A DNA stretch of 64,000 nt from an uncultured Candidatus Rokubacteria bacterium (GTDB taxonomy: Bacteria; Methylomirabilota; Methylomirabilia; Rokubacteriales; DASRDR01), in the NCBI GenBank assembly GCA_963708025.1, contig CAVPSB010000002.1, positions 192,001 to 256,000 on the forward strand, given 5' to 3'. Below, piece after piece: positions 20,106 to 28,819 of the stretch. The notes beneath the pieces were generated by a model. That model ran no database searches, had not been told where the DNA came from, and worked only from the letters and a program-made list of their open reading frames with translations. Position 1 is the first letter of the stretch; every line of letters begins with the position of its first letter. The position numbers were made by a program, and so were the translations under genes.

Positions 20106-21059
20106 ATGCGCACGTACGTGCTCAAGCGCCTGCTGCTGGTGGTGCCGACGCTGCTGGGCGTCGCCACGATCGTGTTCGTGCTGCTCCGGGTGGTTCCCGG
20201 CGACGTCGTGCTGCTGCGCCTCGCCGGCGAAGGGGGGAAGGTGGCCGACGAGGTGCTGCGCGCGGAGCGAGCCCGCCTCGGGCTGGACCAGCCCCTCTGG
20301 CGGCAGTACGTGGGCTGGATCTGGGGCCTCGGTCACGGCGAGCTCGGGCTCTCGATGTGGACCGGCCGCCCCGTCACGCAGGAGATCCGGATCCGGCTGC
20401 CGCTGAGCCTCGAGCTGACGCTCCTGGCCACGCTGGTGGCCGTCCTGGTGGCGATCCCTCTCGGCACCCTGGCCGCGCTCCACCGCGCGACCTGGATCGA
20501 CTACCTGCTGCGCGTGCTCACGCTCGCCGGCCTGTCCATGCCGTCGTTCTGGGTCGGGGTCATGCTCGTCCTGGCGCTCCTGCTCCTGTTTCGCTGGAGC
20601 CCCCCGGTCACGTTCACCTCCTTCTGGGACGATCCGGTGGCCAACCTGGCCCAGCTGGTGTGGCCGGCCCTCGTGGTCGGATTGCGGAGCGTGGCCCTCA
20701 CCGCGCGGATGATGCGGTCGGCGCTGCTCGAGGTGCTGGGGGACGACTACGTCCGGACGGCGCGGGCCAAGGGGCTCCCCGAGCGCGCGGTCGTGCGGCG
20801 GCACGCCGTCCGGAACGCGCTGCTGCCGGTGATCACCGTGATCGGCCTGGAGTCGGCCGTGATCCTGGGGGGGCTGGTGGTCACGGAGCAGGTCTTCAAC
20901 CTGAACGGCCTCGGCAAGCTCCTGCTGGAGGCCGTCACCCGGCGCGACTACACGCTGACCCAGGCGCTGATCATGCTCTCCGCCTCCGCCTTCGTGGTCA
21001 TGAACCTCCTCGTCGACCTCTGCTACGCATGGCTGGATCCGCGTATCCGATACCAGTAG
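20106..21059 (+). CDS. ABC permease (OppB/DppB-like)
   Basis: YVLKRLL, PGD, GLDQPL, DYVRTARAKGL, RNALLPV, LDPRIRY. Confidence 0.9.
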   Translation: MRTYVLKRLLLVVPTLLGVATIVFVLLRVVPGDVVLLRLAGEGGKVADEVLRAERARLGLDQPLWRQYVGWIWGLGHGELGLSMWTGRPVTQEIRIRLPLSLELTLLATLVAVLVAIPLGTLAALHRATWIDYLLRVLTLAGLSMPSFWVGVMLVLALLLLFRWSPPVTFTSFWDDPVANLAQLVWPALVVGLRSVALTARMMRSALLEVLGDDYVRTARAKGLPERAVVRRHAVRNALLPVITVIGLESAVILGGLVVTEQVFNLNGLGKLLLEAVTRRDYTLTQALIMLSASAFVVMNLLVDLCYAWLDPRIRYQ

Positions 21060-21913
21060 CGCTTCCGGCGGGTCTCGGTCGGCGGCGGGTCGGGCGGCTG
21101 CTCCGAGCGTATCCGCTGGGCGTGTTCGGGGCGGTGGTCCTCGTCACGATGACGCTAGCCGCGGTCTTCGCGACCTGGCTCGCGCCCTACGATCCGCTGG
21201 AGACCAACTATGCCATGGTGGTCCGGCCCCCGAGCGCGAGCCACTGGCTGGGGACCGATCACTTCGGGCGGGACGTGCTGAGCCGCCTGATCTTCGGCGC
21301 CCGGACGGCGTTGCTGGTCGGCCTCGTCTCGTCGTTCGTCAGCGCGACGCTCGGCTCCCTGGTCGGGGCGACGACGGCGTACTTCGGCGGGAGGGTGGAC
21401 CTGATCGTCCAGCGGTTCACCGACATCCTCCTCTCCTTCCCGCTGGTGATCCTGGCCATCGCCGTGGTCGCCGCGCTCGGGGCCGGGACCGCCCAGGTCA
21501 TCGCGGCCATCGTCGTCCCCATGGTGCCCCGAGCCACGCGGGTGGTGCGGGCGAGCGCGCTGGCGATCCGGCAGATGCCGTACATCGAGGCCGCCCACGG
21601 CACGGGCGTGGGCGACCTGCGGGTCATCTTTCGCCATCTCCTGCCGAACGTGGTCGCCCCGTACCTCGTCCTGCTGACCGCGTTCCTGGCCGAGGTGATC
21701 GTGCTGGAGGCCAGCCTGAGCTTCCTGGGGCTGGGCGTCGTCGAGCCGACCCCGGCGTGGGGGCTGATGCTGCGGGATTTCGCGGGGTCCTACGCCGAGA
21801 GCGCGCCCTGGCTGCCGCTCGCCCCCGGCGTGGCGATCAGCCTGGGGGTCTTCGGCTTCAACCTCCTGGGGGACGCCGTGCGCGACGCCCTCGATCCTCG
21901 CCTGCGGGGCTGA
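21029..21913 (+). CDS. ABC permease (OppC/DppC-like)
   Basis: HWLGTDHFGRDVLSR, YIEAA, HLLPN, LSFLGLG, GDAVRDALDPR; start approximate. Confidence 0.88.
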   Translation: MAGSAYPIPVALPAGLGRRRVGRLLRAYPLGVFGAVVLVTMTLAAVFATWLAPYDPLETNYAMVVRPPSASHWLGTDHFGRDVLSRLIFGARTALLVGLVSSFVSATLGSLVGATTAYFGGRVDLIVQRFTDILLSFPLVILAIAVVAALGAGTAQVIAAIVVPMVPRATRVVRASALAIRQMPYIEAAHGTGVGDLRVIFRHLLPNVVAPYLVLLTAFLAEVIVLEASLSFLGLGVVEPTPAWGLMLRDFAGSYAESAPWLPLAPGVAISLGVFGFNLLGDAVRDALDPRLRG

Positions 21914-22668
21914 TGGGACGCCTCGACGGCAAGGTGGTGCTGATCAGCGGCGGCGCCCGGGGCCAGGGCGCGGTCGAGGTCCGGCTCTTCGCCCGCGAGG
22001 GGGCCCGGGTGGTCTTCGGCGACCTCCTGGACACCGAGGGACGGCAGCTCGAGGCCGAGATTCGCGGCGCCGGTGGCGAGGCGACGTACCTCCACCTCGA
22101 CGTCACCCGCGAGGACGACTGGCGGGCCGCGGTGGGCGCGGCGGTGAATCGATACGGGCGCCTGGACGTCTTGGTCAATAACGCCGGCATTCTCCTGCGC
22201 AAGCGCACCGAGGACACCACCGCCGAGGAGTGGGACCGCGTTCTCGCCGTCAACGTCACCGGCGTGTTCTTCGGGACCAAGCACGCGCTCCCCGCCCTGC
22301 GACAGGCCGGCGGTGGCTCGATCGTCAACATCTCGTCCATCGCCGGCCTGGTGGGAAGCGTGTACGGCTCCTCGGCCTACACCGCGACGAAGGGCGCGGT
22401 GCGGCTCTTCACCAAGTCGATCGCGATCCAGCACGCCGGCGAGAACATCCGGTGCAACTCGATCCATCCGGGCCCGATCGACACCGAGATGATGCGCGAC
22501 GTGTTCGGGGATCCGGCGACGCGGGAGGAGCGGCGCAACCGGATCCCGCTGCGACGGATCGGGCGGGCCGAGGACGTCGCGTACGGGGCCCTCTATCTCG
22601 CCTCCGACGAGGCGTCGTTCGTCACGGGGGCCGAGCTGGTCATCGACGGCGGCATCACCGCGCAGTGA
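21913..22668 (+). CDS. classical SDR oxidoreductase (3alpha,20beta-HSD/cyclopentanol dehydrogenase-like)
   Basis: SGGARGQG, NNAG, NISS, YTATK, IHPGPIDT, DGG. Confidence 0.9.
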   Translation: MGRLDGKVVLISGGARGQGAVEVRLFAREGARVVFGDLLDTEGRQLEAEIRGAGGEATYLHLDVTREDDWRAAVGAAVNRYGRLDVLVNNAGILLRKRTEDTTAEEWDRVLAVNVTGVFFGTKHALPALRQAGGGSIVNISSIAGLVGSVYGSSAYTATKGAVRLFTKSIAIQHAGENIRCNSIHPGPIDTEMMRDVFGDPATREERRNRIPLRRIGRAEDVAYGALYLASDEASFVTGAELVIDGGITAQ

Positions 22669-22683
22669 AGGAACGGAGAGCGT

Positions 22684-22765
22684 GTGAAGGAACGGGGCCG
22701 TCCGGCCCCCCCCTCCCCCCAGTGGGTGGGGGAGGGGGGCTGGGGGGGTAGGCGGGAGGTCGCGA
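22684..22765 (+). repeat. R2 repeat ending at start codon
   Basis: gtgaaggaa...ccctccccccagtgggtgggggaggggggctgggggggtaggcgggaggtcgcga-ATG. Confidence 0.8.
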
Positions 22766-23905
22766 ATGAAGCGGAGCACGGATCGGATCCTGACGACGCA
22801 CACCGGCAGCCTGCCTCGGCCAGCCGAGCTGGTGGACATGCTGCGACGGGCCGAGGCGGGCGAGCCTGGGGACCGGGCGGCGTTCGACGCCGCGGTCCGG
22901 GCGGCCGTGGACGACACCGTCCGCAAGCAGGTCGGGGCCGGCGTGGACGTCGTCAACGACGGTGAGCAGGGAAAGCCGGGGTACGCCACGTACGTCAAGG
23001 ACCGCGTGACCGGCTTCGGGGGGCAGAGCCGGGTGACGACCGTGTGGGCCGAGGGGCGCGACTTCCCCGAGTACGTGGCGCGGCGGACCGGGAACACCCG
23101 GTCGAGCTTCCCGCGGCCCTACTGCGATGGCCCCATCGCCTGGCGGGACTTCGCCGCCGTCCAGCGGGACATCGACACCCTGAAGGCCGCCGTGAAGGGC
23201 GTCGAGGCCGCCGAGGTGTTCATGACCGCCGCCTCGCCGGGCGTGGTCTCGATCTTCCTGGCCAACGAGTACTACCCGAGCCGGGAGAAGTACCTGGAGG
23301 CCATCGCCCGCGTGATGAAGGACGAGTACGAGGCGATCCACGCCGCCGGGTTCGTGCTCCAGCTCGACTGCCCCGACCTGGCGATGAGCCGGCACAACCG
23401 GTTTCCGGACCTGAGCCTCCCGGAGTTCCGCAAGCTCGTCGGGCTCCACGTCGAGGTGCTCAACGAGGCCACCAGGGCGATCCCGCCGGACCGCATGCGG
23501 CTCCACCTCTGCTGGGGGAACTACGAGGGACCGCACCACCTGGACGTGCCGCTCCGGGACATCATCGACCTCGTCCTCCAGGCCCGGCCGGCCGGGATCT
23601 CGTTCGAGGGCGCCAACCCGCGGCACGAGCACGAGTGGAAGATCTGGAAAGAGGTCGAGCTGCCGCCCGGCAAGGTGCTGATTCCCGGCGTCATCGACTC
23701 GACGACCAACTTCATCGAGCACCCGGAGCTGGTGGCGGAGCGGATCGCCCGCTACGCGAGCGCGGTCGGCCGGGAGAACGTCATCGCGGGGACCGACTGC
23801 GGGTTCGGCACGTTCGCCGACAACGACAGCGTGGACGCCCGGATCGCCTGGGCGAAGCTGCGGGCCCTGGCCGAAGGCGCCCGCCTCGCTGGGAGAATGC
23901 CCTGA
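22766..23905 (+). CDS. cobalamin-independent methionine synthase II (MetE C-terminal core) family protein, XecA/epoxyalkane:CoM transferase-like group
   Basis: TTHTGSLPRP, NDGE, LQLDCPDL, HLCWGNY, FEGANPRH, GTDCGF (Zn ligands H-x-C...E...C); no N-terminal MetE half. Confidence 0.88.
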   Translation: MKRSTDRILTTHTGSLPRPAELVDMLRRAEAGEPGDRAAFDAAVRAAVDDTVRKQVGAGVDVVNDGEQGKPGYATYVKDRVTGFGGQSRVTTVWAEGRDFPEYVARRTGNTRSSFPRPYCDGPIAWRDFAAVQRDIDTLKAAVKGVEAAEVFMTAASPGVVSIFLANEYYPSREKYLEAIARVMKDEYEAIHAAGFVLQLDCPDLAMSRHNRFPDLSLPEFRKLVGLHVEVLNEATRAIPPDRMRLHLCWGNYEGPHHLDVPLRDIIDLVLQARPAGISFEGANPRHEHEWKIWKEVELPPGKVLIPGVIDSTTNFIEHPELVAERIARYASAVGRENVIAGTDCGFGTFADNDSVDARIAWAKLRALAEGARLAGRMP

Positions 23906-24020
23906 GCAATCGGATCCTCCGGCCCCCCCCTCCCCCCAGTGGCCACCGGAGGGGCGGGACGCCGCGAGGGCCGAAGGCCTGAGCCGTCCCGGCGATCCGA
24001 TCAAATGAGGGGGGCTGGGG

Positions 24021-24638
24021 GGGAGGAGGGAGGTCCCGAATGACGGGCAAGGTGGCGGGGCGCGGGGGTCCGTTCCCTCCGGCTCCCCCTCCCCCCAGTG
24101 GGTGGGGGAGGGGGTTGGGGGGGAGGAGGGAGGTCCCGAATGACGGGCAAGGTGGCGGGGCGCGGGGGTCCGTTCCCTCCGGCTCCCCCTCCCCCCAGTG
24201 GGTGGGGGAGGGGGTTGGGGGGGAGGAGGGAGGTCCCGAATGACGGGCAAGGTGGCGGGGCGCGGGGGTCCGTTCCCTCCGGCTCCCCCTCCCCCCAGTG
24301 GGTGGGGGAGGGGGTTGGGGGGGAGGAGGGAGGTCCCGAATGACGGGCAAGGTGGCGGGGCGCGGGGGTCCGTTCCCTCCGGCTCCCCCTCCCCCCAGTG
24401 GGTGGGGGAGGGGGTTGGGGGGAGGAGGGAGGTCCCGAATGACGGGCAAGGTGGCGGGGCGCGGGGGTCCGTTCCCTCCGGCTCCCCCTCCCCCCAGTGG
24501 GTGGGGGAGGGGGTTGGGGGGGAGGAGGGAGGTCCCGAATGACGGGCAAGGTGGCGGGGCGCGGGGGTCCGTTCCCTCCGGCTCCCCCTCCCCCCAGTGG
24601 GTGGGGGAGGGGGTTGGGGGGTAGGAGGGAGGTCCCAA
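24021..24638 (+). repeat. tandem array of six ~100-bp units (R2 + SD + ATG)
   Basis: Units start at 24021, 24121, 24221, 24321, 24420, 24520 and are essentially identical apart from G-run length; a partial seventh unit carries the real adh start. Confidence 0.95.
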
Positions 24639-25763
24639 ATGACCACGGCTAAGGCGGCGGTGCTCGATCGCCCGCTGGGGACGTTCCGCGTCCAGGAATT
24701 CCGCGTGCCGGAGCCCGAGGCGGGGACGGTGCTGCTGCGCCAGGAGCTGGCGGGCTGCTGCGCCACCGATGCCCACACCTACCTGGGACAGTGGAAGGCC
24801 GAGTTCCCCGTCCTGCTCGGCCACGAGAACGTCGGGATCGTCGAGGCGATCGGCTCGGGCGGCGCGACGGATCTCCTCGGCCGGGAGCTTCGGGTCGGGG
24901 ACCGCATCGTGGCCCGGACCGGCTCCTGCGGCGCCTGCTACGAGTGCCGCGTGGCCCGGCTGCCCCGCCGCTGCCGGAACCTGGGGGTCCGCTACGGCTT
25001 CTCGAACCCCGAGCGGGCCCCGTTCGGCGGGGGCTTCGCCGAGTATCTCTACCTCGGCTCGCCCCGGACGACCTTCATGGTGAAGATCGACATGCGCCCC
25101 TCGATCGCGGCGCTGCACGAGCCGCTGGGCGTCGCGGCGCACGCCATCCGGCGGGCCCCGCCCCGCCTGGGCCACACGGTGGTGGTGCAGGGGAGCGGGA
25201 CGATCGGGCTGCTGACGCTCGGCCTGGCGCGGCGGGCCGGGGCGACGCGGGCCATCGTCGTCGGCGGCCCGGCGGAGCGCCTCGCCCTGGCCCGGGCGCT
25301 CGGCGCCCACGTCACGATCGACATCGGGGAGATCCGGGCCCCCGAGGATCGGATTCGCGCGGTCGTGGGCGAGACGCCGGGTGGGCTCGGCGCCGACGTC
25401 GTCTACGGCTGCGCCGGCAAGGCCGCCGCCTGGACCGAAGGCCTCCACTACCTGCGCGACGGCGAGGGACGCTTCGTCGAGGTGGGGCTCGCCGGCGACG
25501 ACGGGCCGGTGTCGTTCAACCCGGCCACGCAGCTCGTGGCCAGGAACCTGACGCTGATCGGCGCGCTCGGGGCGCTCGACGAGGATTCGGTCACCGCGCT
25601 GCGCGTGATGGAGGCCGGCGAGCTGCCGCTGGAGGGCATGGTGACGCACCAGCTCCCGCTGGAGCGGGTCGGCGACGCCATGGCGGCGCTGAACGGCGAC
25701 TACCGGCTCGACGGCCGCGCGGCCGTGAAGATCGCGATCGCCCCCAACGGTCCCGTCGCGTGA
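24639..25763 (+). CDS. zinc-binding alcohol dehydrogenase (MDR)
   Basis: GCCATD, GHE, CGACYEC...C, EPL, GSGTIG. Confidence 0.9.
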   Translation: MTTAKAAVLDRPLGTFRVQEFRVPEPEAGTVLLRQELAGCCATDAHTYLGQWKAEFPVLLGHENVGIVEAIGSGGATDLLGRELRVGDRIVARTGSCGACYECRVARLPRRCRNLGVRYGFSNPERAPFGGGFAEYLYLGSPRTTFMVKIDMRPSIAALHEPLGVAAHAIRRAPPRLGHTVVVQGSGTIGLLTLGLARRAGATRAIVVGGPAERLALARALGAHVTIDIGEIRAPEDRIRAVVGETPGGLGADVVYGCAGKAAAWTEGLHYLRDGEGRFVEVGLAGDDGPVSFNPATQLVARNLTLIGALGALDEDSVTALRVMEAGELPLEGMVTHQLPLERVGDAMAALNGDYRLDGRAAVKIAIAPNGPVA

Positions 25764-25876
25764 TCGCGGGGCACGGCGTCGCGTCGGTGTTCGACCGCAA
25801 CGGAGGCCCGGCCGCTGTCCGGGCCGTGCGAGGTGACGCTCGAAGCGGGGCGCATCCGCCCCGGGGAGGCAGAGCC

Positions 25877-26925
25877 ATGGAACAGTCGCGCGAGCGGACG
25901 GCGTCGCCGATGCGTCGGCGGACATTCCTCCAGACGATCGGGCTGGTCGGTGGGGCGGGGGTCCTGGCCGTGCTCGGGGCCGCCGGGGCCGCCGCCCAGC
26001 CGGCCCGCCCCGAGGTGACGATCAGGTTCGCGAGCCTCTTCAACCCGGATCACTCCGCCTCGCGGGCCGCCGATCGCTTCGCCGAGCTGGTCGCCCGGAA
26101 GACGGCGGGAAGGTGAAGGTCGAGGTCTTCCACAGCGCGTCCCTCGGCAGCGAGCGGGAGGTCGCCGAGGGTGTCCGGTCGGGGAGCATCGACATGGGCT
26201 ATTCCGGGCTGCCCGGCTACGGGAGCTTCGTGCCGGAGCTCCAGATCCTGGAGATGCCCTACCTGTACGAGGACCTGGACGAGGTCCGGTCCGTCGCCGA
26301 GAAGCTGTCGCCCGACCTGGAGCAGCTCCTGGCCGGGGGCGGGCTGCGGCTCGTCGGCTACGTGTTCGACGGCCCGCGGATGACGCTGGCGACCCGGCCG
26401 CTGCGCTCGATCGACGACTTCCGGGGGTTGAAGTTCCGGGTGCCGCAATCCCCGCTCTACGTGACGATGGCGAAAGCGTTCGGGGCCATCCCGACCCCGG
26501 TCGCGTTCCCGGAGGTCTACACGGCGCTCCAGACGAAGATCGCCGAGGCGCTGGAGGGCTCTCCGACCACCCTCTACACCGGCAAGTACTACGAGGTGGC
26601 GAAGAACCTGGTCCGGACGGACCACATCTTCTACGTCGCCTACGTGGCGATGAACCCCGAGCTCTTCAAGAAGCTCCCGGCCGATCACCAGCGGGCGATT
26701 CTCGAGGCGGGCCGCGAGAGCAGCGCGTACAACCTGGAGCTGGCCAAGAAAGGGATCCAGGAGGACCTCGACCGGCTCAAGGCCTCGGGGGTCCAGACCT
26801 TCACGCCGGACAAGGCGCCCTTCCGGATGGCGGTGAAGGACGCCAACGAGAAGTTCGCCGAGAGCCGGGGCGCGCGGGCGCTGCAGCTCTACCAGCGCGT
26901 GAAGGAGTTCACGAAGCGCCCGTGA
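25877..26925 (+). CDS. dctP: TRAP substrate-binding protein DctP, Tat-type leader (frameshift ~26110)
   Basis: RRRTFL leader; LGSERE, FRGLKFRVP, PVAFPEVYTALQT; the N-terminus is in a different frame from the 26113..26925 ORF. Confidence 0.85.
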
Positions 26926-26941
26926 CCCAACATCGCGCTCT

Positions 26942-27049
26942 TCCGGCCCCCCCCTCCCCCCGGCCAAAGGCCGCAGGCCGTCCAACGATGGGGGAGGGGG
27001 GCCAAAGGCCGAAGGCCATCGAAGAATCGGGTAGGAGGGAGGTCCCAAA
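26942..27049 (+). repeat. R2 repeat with two nested modules
   Basis: ccctcccccc-ggccaaaggccgcaggccgtcca...ggggaggggg-gccaaaggccgaaggcc...gtaggagggaggtcccaaa. Confidence 0.75.
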
Positions 27050-27541
27050 CTGCGCATCTACGACGAGGTGGTCCGGACCGCCGCCTTCGTGACCTTCAGC
27101 GTCATGCTCGGCGCCGCGCTGGTCGGCACCGTGACCCGCTACCTCACCTTTCTCCCCGTCGTCTCGTGGGGCGAGGAGGTCACGCGGTACGCGGGGATCT
27201 GGTCGGTGTTCCTCGTCGCGGGCCTCGGTCTCCGACACGGCGCCCACCTGGGCGTGGACCTCGTGACCAGCCGTCTCCCGCCCCGCGTCCGGCGGGGTGT
27301 CTATGTGCTCGTCTACGCCCTCGTCCTCGCCTTCGCCGGGCTCCTGCTGGTGGCGGGAGCCCGGCTGGCCCGCGAGAACATGGGACAGGTTTCACCGACG
27401 CTCGAGTGGCCGATGGGGGCCGTCTATCTCTGCATCCCGATCGGCGCCGGCCTGATGATCGTCGAGACCCTCCGGCTCCTGGGCCGGGCGCTCCGCGGCT
27501 TGCCGCCGCCGCGGCCACCGGTGGACGAGGTCGTCGAGTGA
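27050..27541 (+). CDS. dctQ: TRAP small permease DctQ
   Basis: TRY, WGEEVTRY, HLGVD, SPTLEWP; start is CTG 27050 or GTG 27068. Confidence 0.85.
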   Translation: MRIYDEVVRTAAFVTFSVMLGAALVGTVTRYLTFLPVVSWGEEVTRYAGIWSVFLVAGLGLRHGAHLGVDLVTSRLPPRVRRGVYVLVYALVLAFAGLLLVAGARLARENMGQVSPTLEWPMGAVYLCIPIGAGLMIVETLRLLGRALRGLPPPRPPVDEVVE

Positions 27542-28819
27542 TCCTGCTCCTCTTCGGGCTCTTCCTCGTGCTCCTGGCGCTCGAGATGCCGATCGCCTTC
27601 GCGATCGGGGTGTCGTCGAGCGCCGTCGTCTTCCTGAGCGAGCGGCTGCCGCCCACCTTCATCGTCTCGAAGATCTTCGCCGGCCTGGACTCCTTCCCGC
27701 TGATGGCCATCCCGTTCTACGTCCTGGCCGGCAACCTGATGAGCGAGGGCGGGCTCACGCTGAAGATCGTCAACTTCGCGAACGCCCTGGTCGGCCACGT
27801 GCGGGGCGGGCTGGCCCACGTGTCCATCGTGGCCGCGGCCATCTTCTCGGGGGTCTCGGGGTCGGCCGCCGCCGACACGGCGGCGATCGGGTCCATCATG
27901 ATCCCTTCCATGAAGAAGCGCGGCTTCCACGCCGACTTCGCCGTCGCGCTGGTGGCCTCGGCCTGCACCATGGGCCCGATCATCCCCCCCAGCATCCTGT
28001 TCATCGTCTACGGCTCGCTGGCCCAGGTGTCGGTCGGGCAGCTGTTCCTGGCCGGCTTCCTTCCCGGCGTGCTCATGGCGCTGATGCTGATGGCCTTCGT
28101 CTACGTCATCGCGCGGCGGCGGGGGTACGCGCCGGCCCACGCCGCAGTTCTCGGGCGAGCGGGCGCTCCAGACCCTCGGCGGCGCCGGCTGGGCGCTGCT
28201 CGTCCCGGTGATCATCATCGGCGGCATCGTGGGTGGCTTCTTCACGCCCACCGAAGCCGGGGTGATCGCGGTCGTCTACGCGCTCTTCGTGGCGATGGTG
28301 ATCCAGCGCACGGTCCGGCCGCGGGACCTGCGGCGCATCTTCCTCGACTCGGCGATCGTGACGAGCATCGTCATGCTCATCCTTGGTCCGGCGACCGTGT
28401 TCGGCTCGCTGCTGATCCGGGCCCACTTCCCCGAGCAGGTCCTGGCCGTGCTCACCCGGCTCACCAGCGACGCGACGCTGTCGATCTTCCTCATGATGGG
28501 CTTCATCCTCGCCCTCGGCTTCTTCGTCAACGTCATGGTCATGATCATCATGTTCGCCCAGCCGTTCGCCGAGGTGGCGGCGCGCCTGGGCTACGACCCG
28601 ATTCACTTCGGCGTCGTGTTCACGCTGGCGGCCACGATCGGCGGGATCACCCCACCGGTCGGCTCGCTCCTCTTCGTCGCGTGCAGCATCGGGCGGATCG
28701 GGCTGGCCGAGGCGTCGCGGGCCATCTGGCCCTTCGTCCTGGCCCTGGTGCTGGTGACGGCCGTGCTGATCCTCTTCCCCTCGGTGAGCACGATCGTGCC
28801 CCGGCTGGTGTTCCAGTGA
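27538..28819 (+). CDS. dctM: TRAP large permease DctM (frameshift ~28145)
   Basis: MPIAFAIG, AIPFYVLAG, SGSAAAD, IIPPS, FTPTEAG, ITPPVG. Confidence 0.88.

Noticed and set aside
24021-24638. CRISPR array
   Set aside because: Units are identical over their whole length with no unique spacers, and there are no cas genes in the window.
22655-25925. Long Pro/Gly-rich repeat ORFs on both strands
   Set aside because: They are translations of the tandem DNA repeat or antisense to real genes; the 100-bp period is not a multiple of 3.
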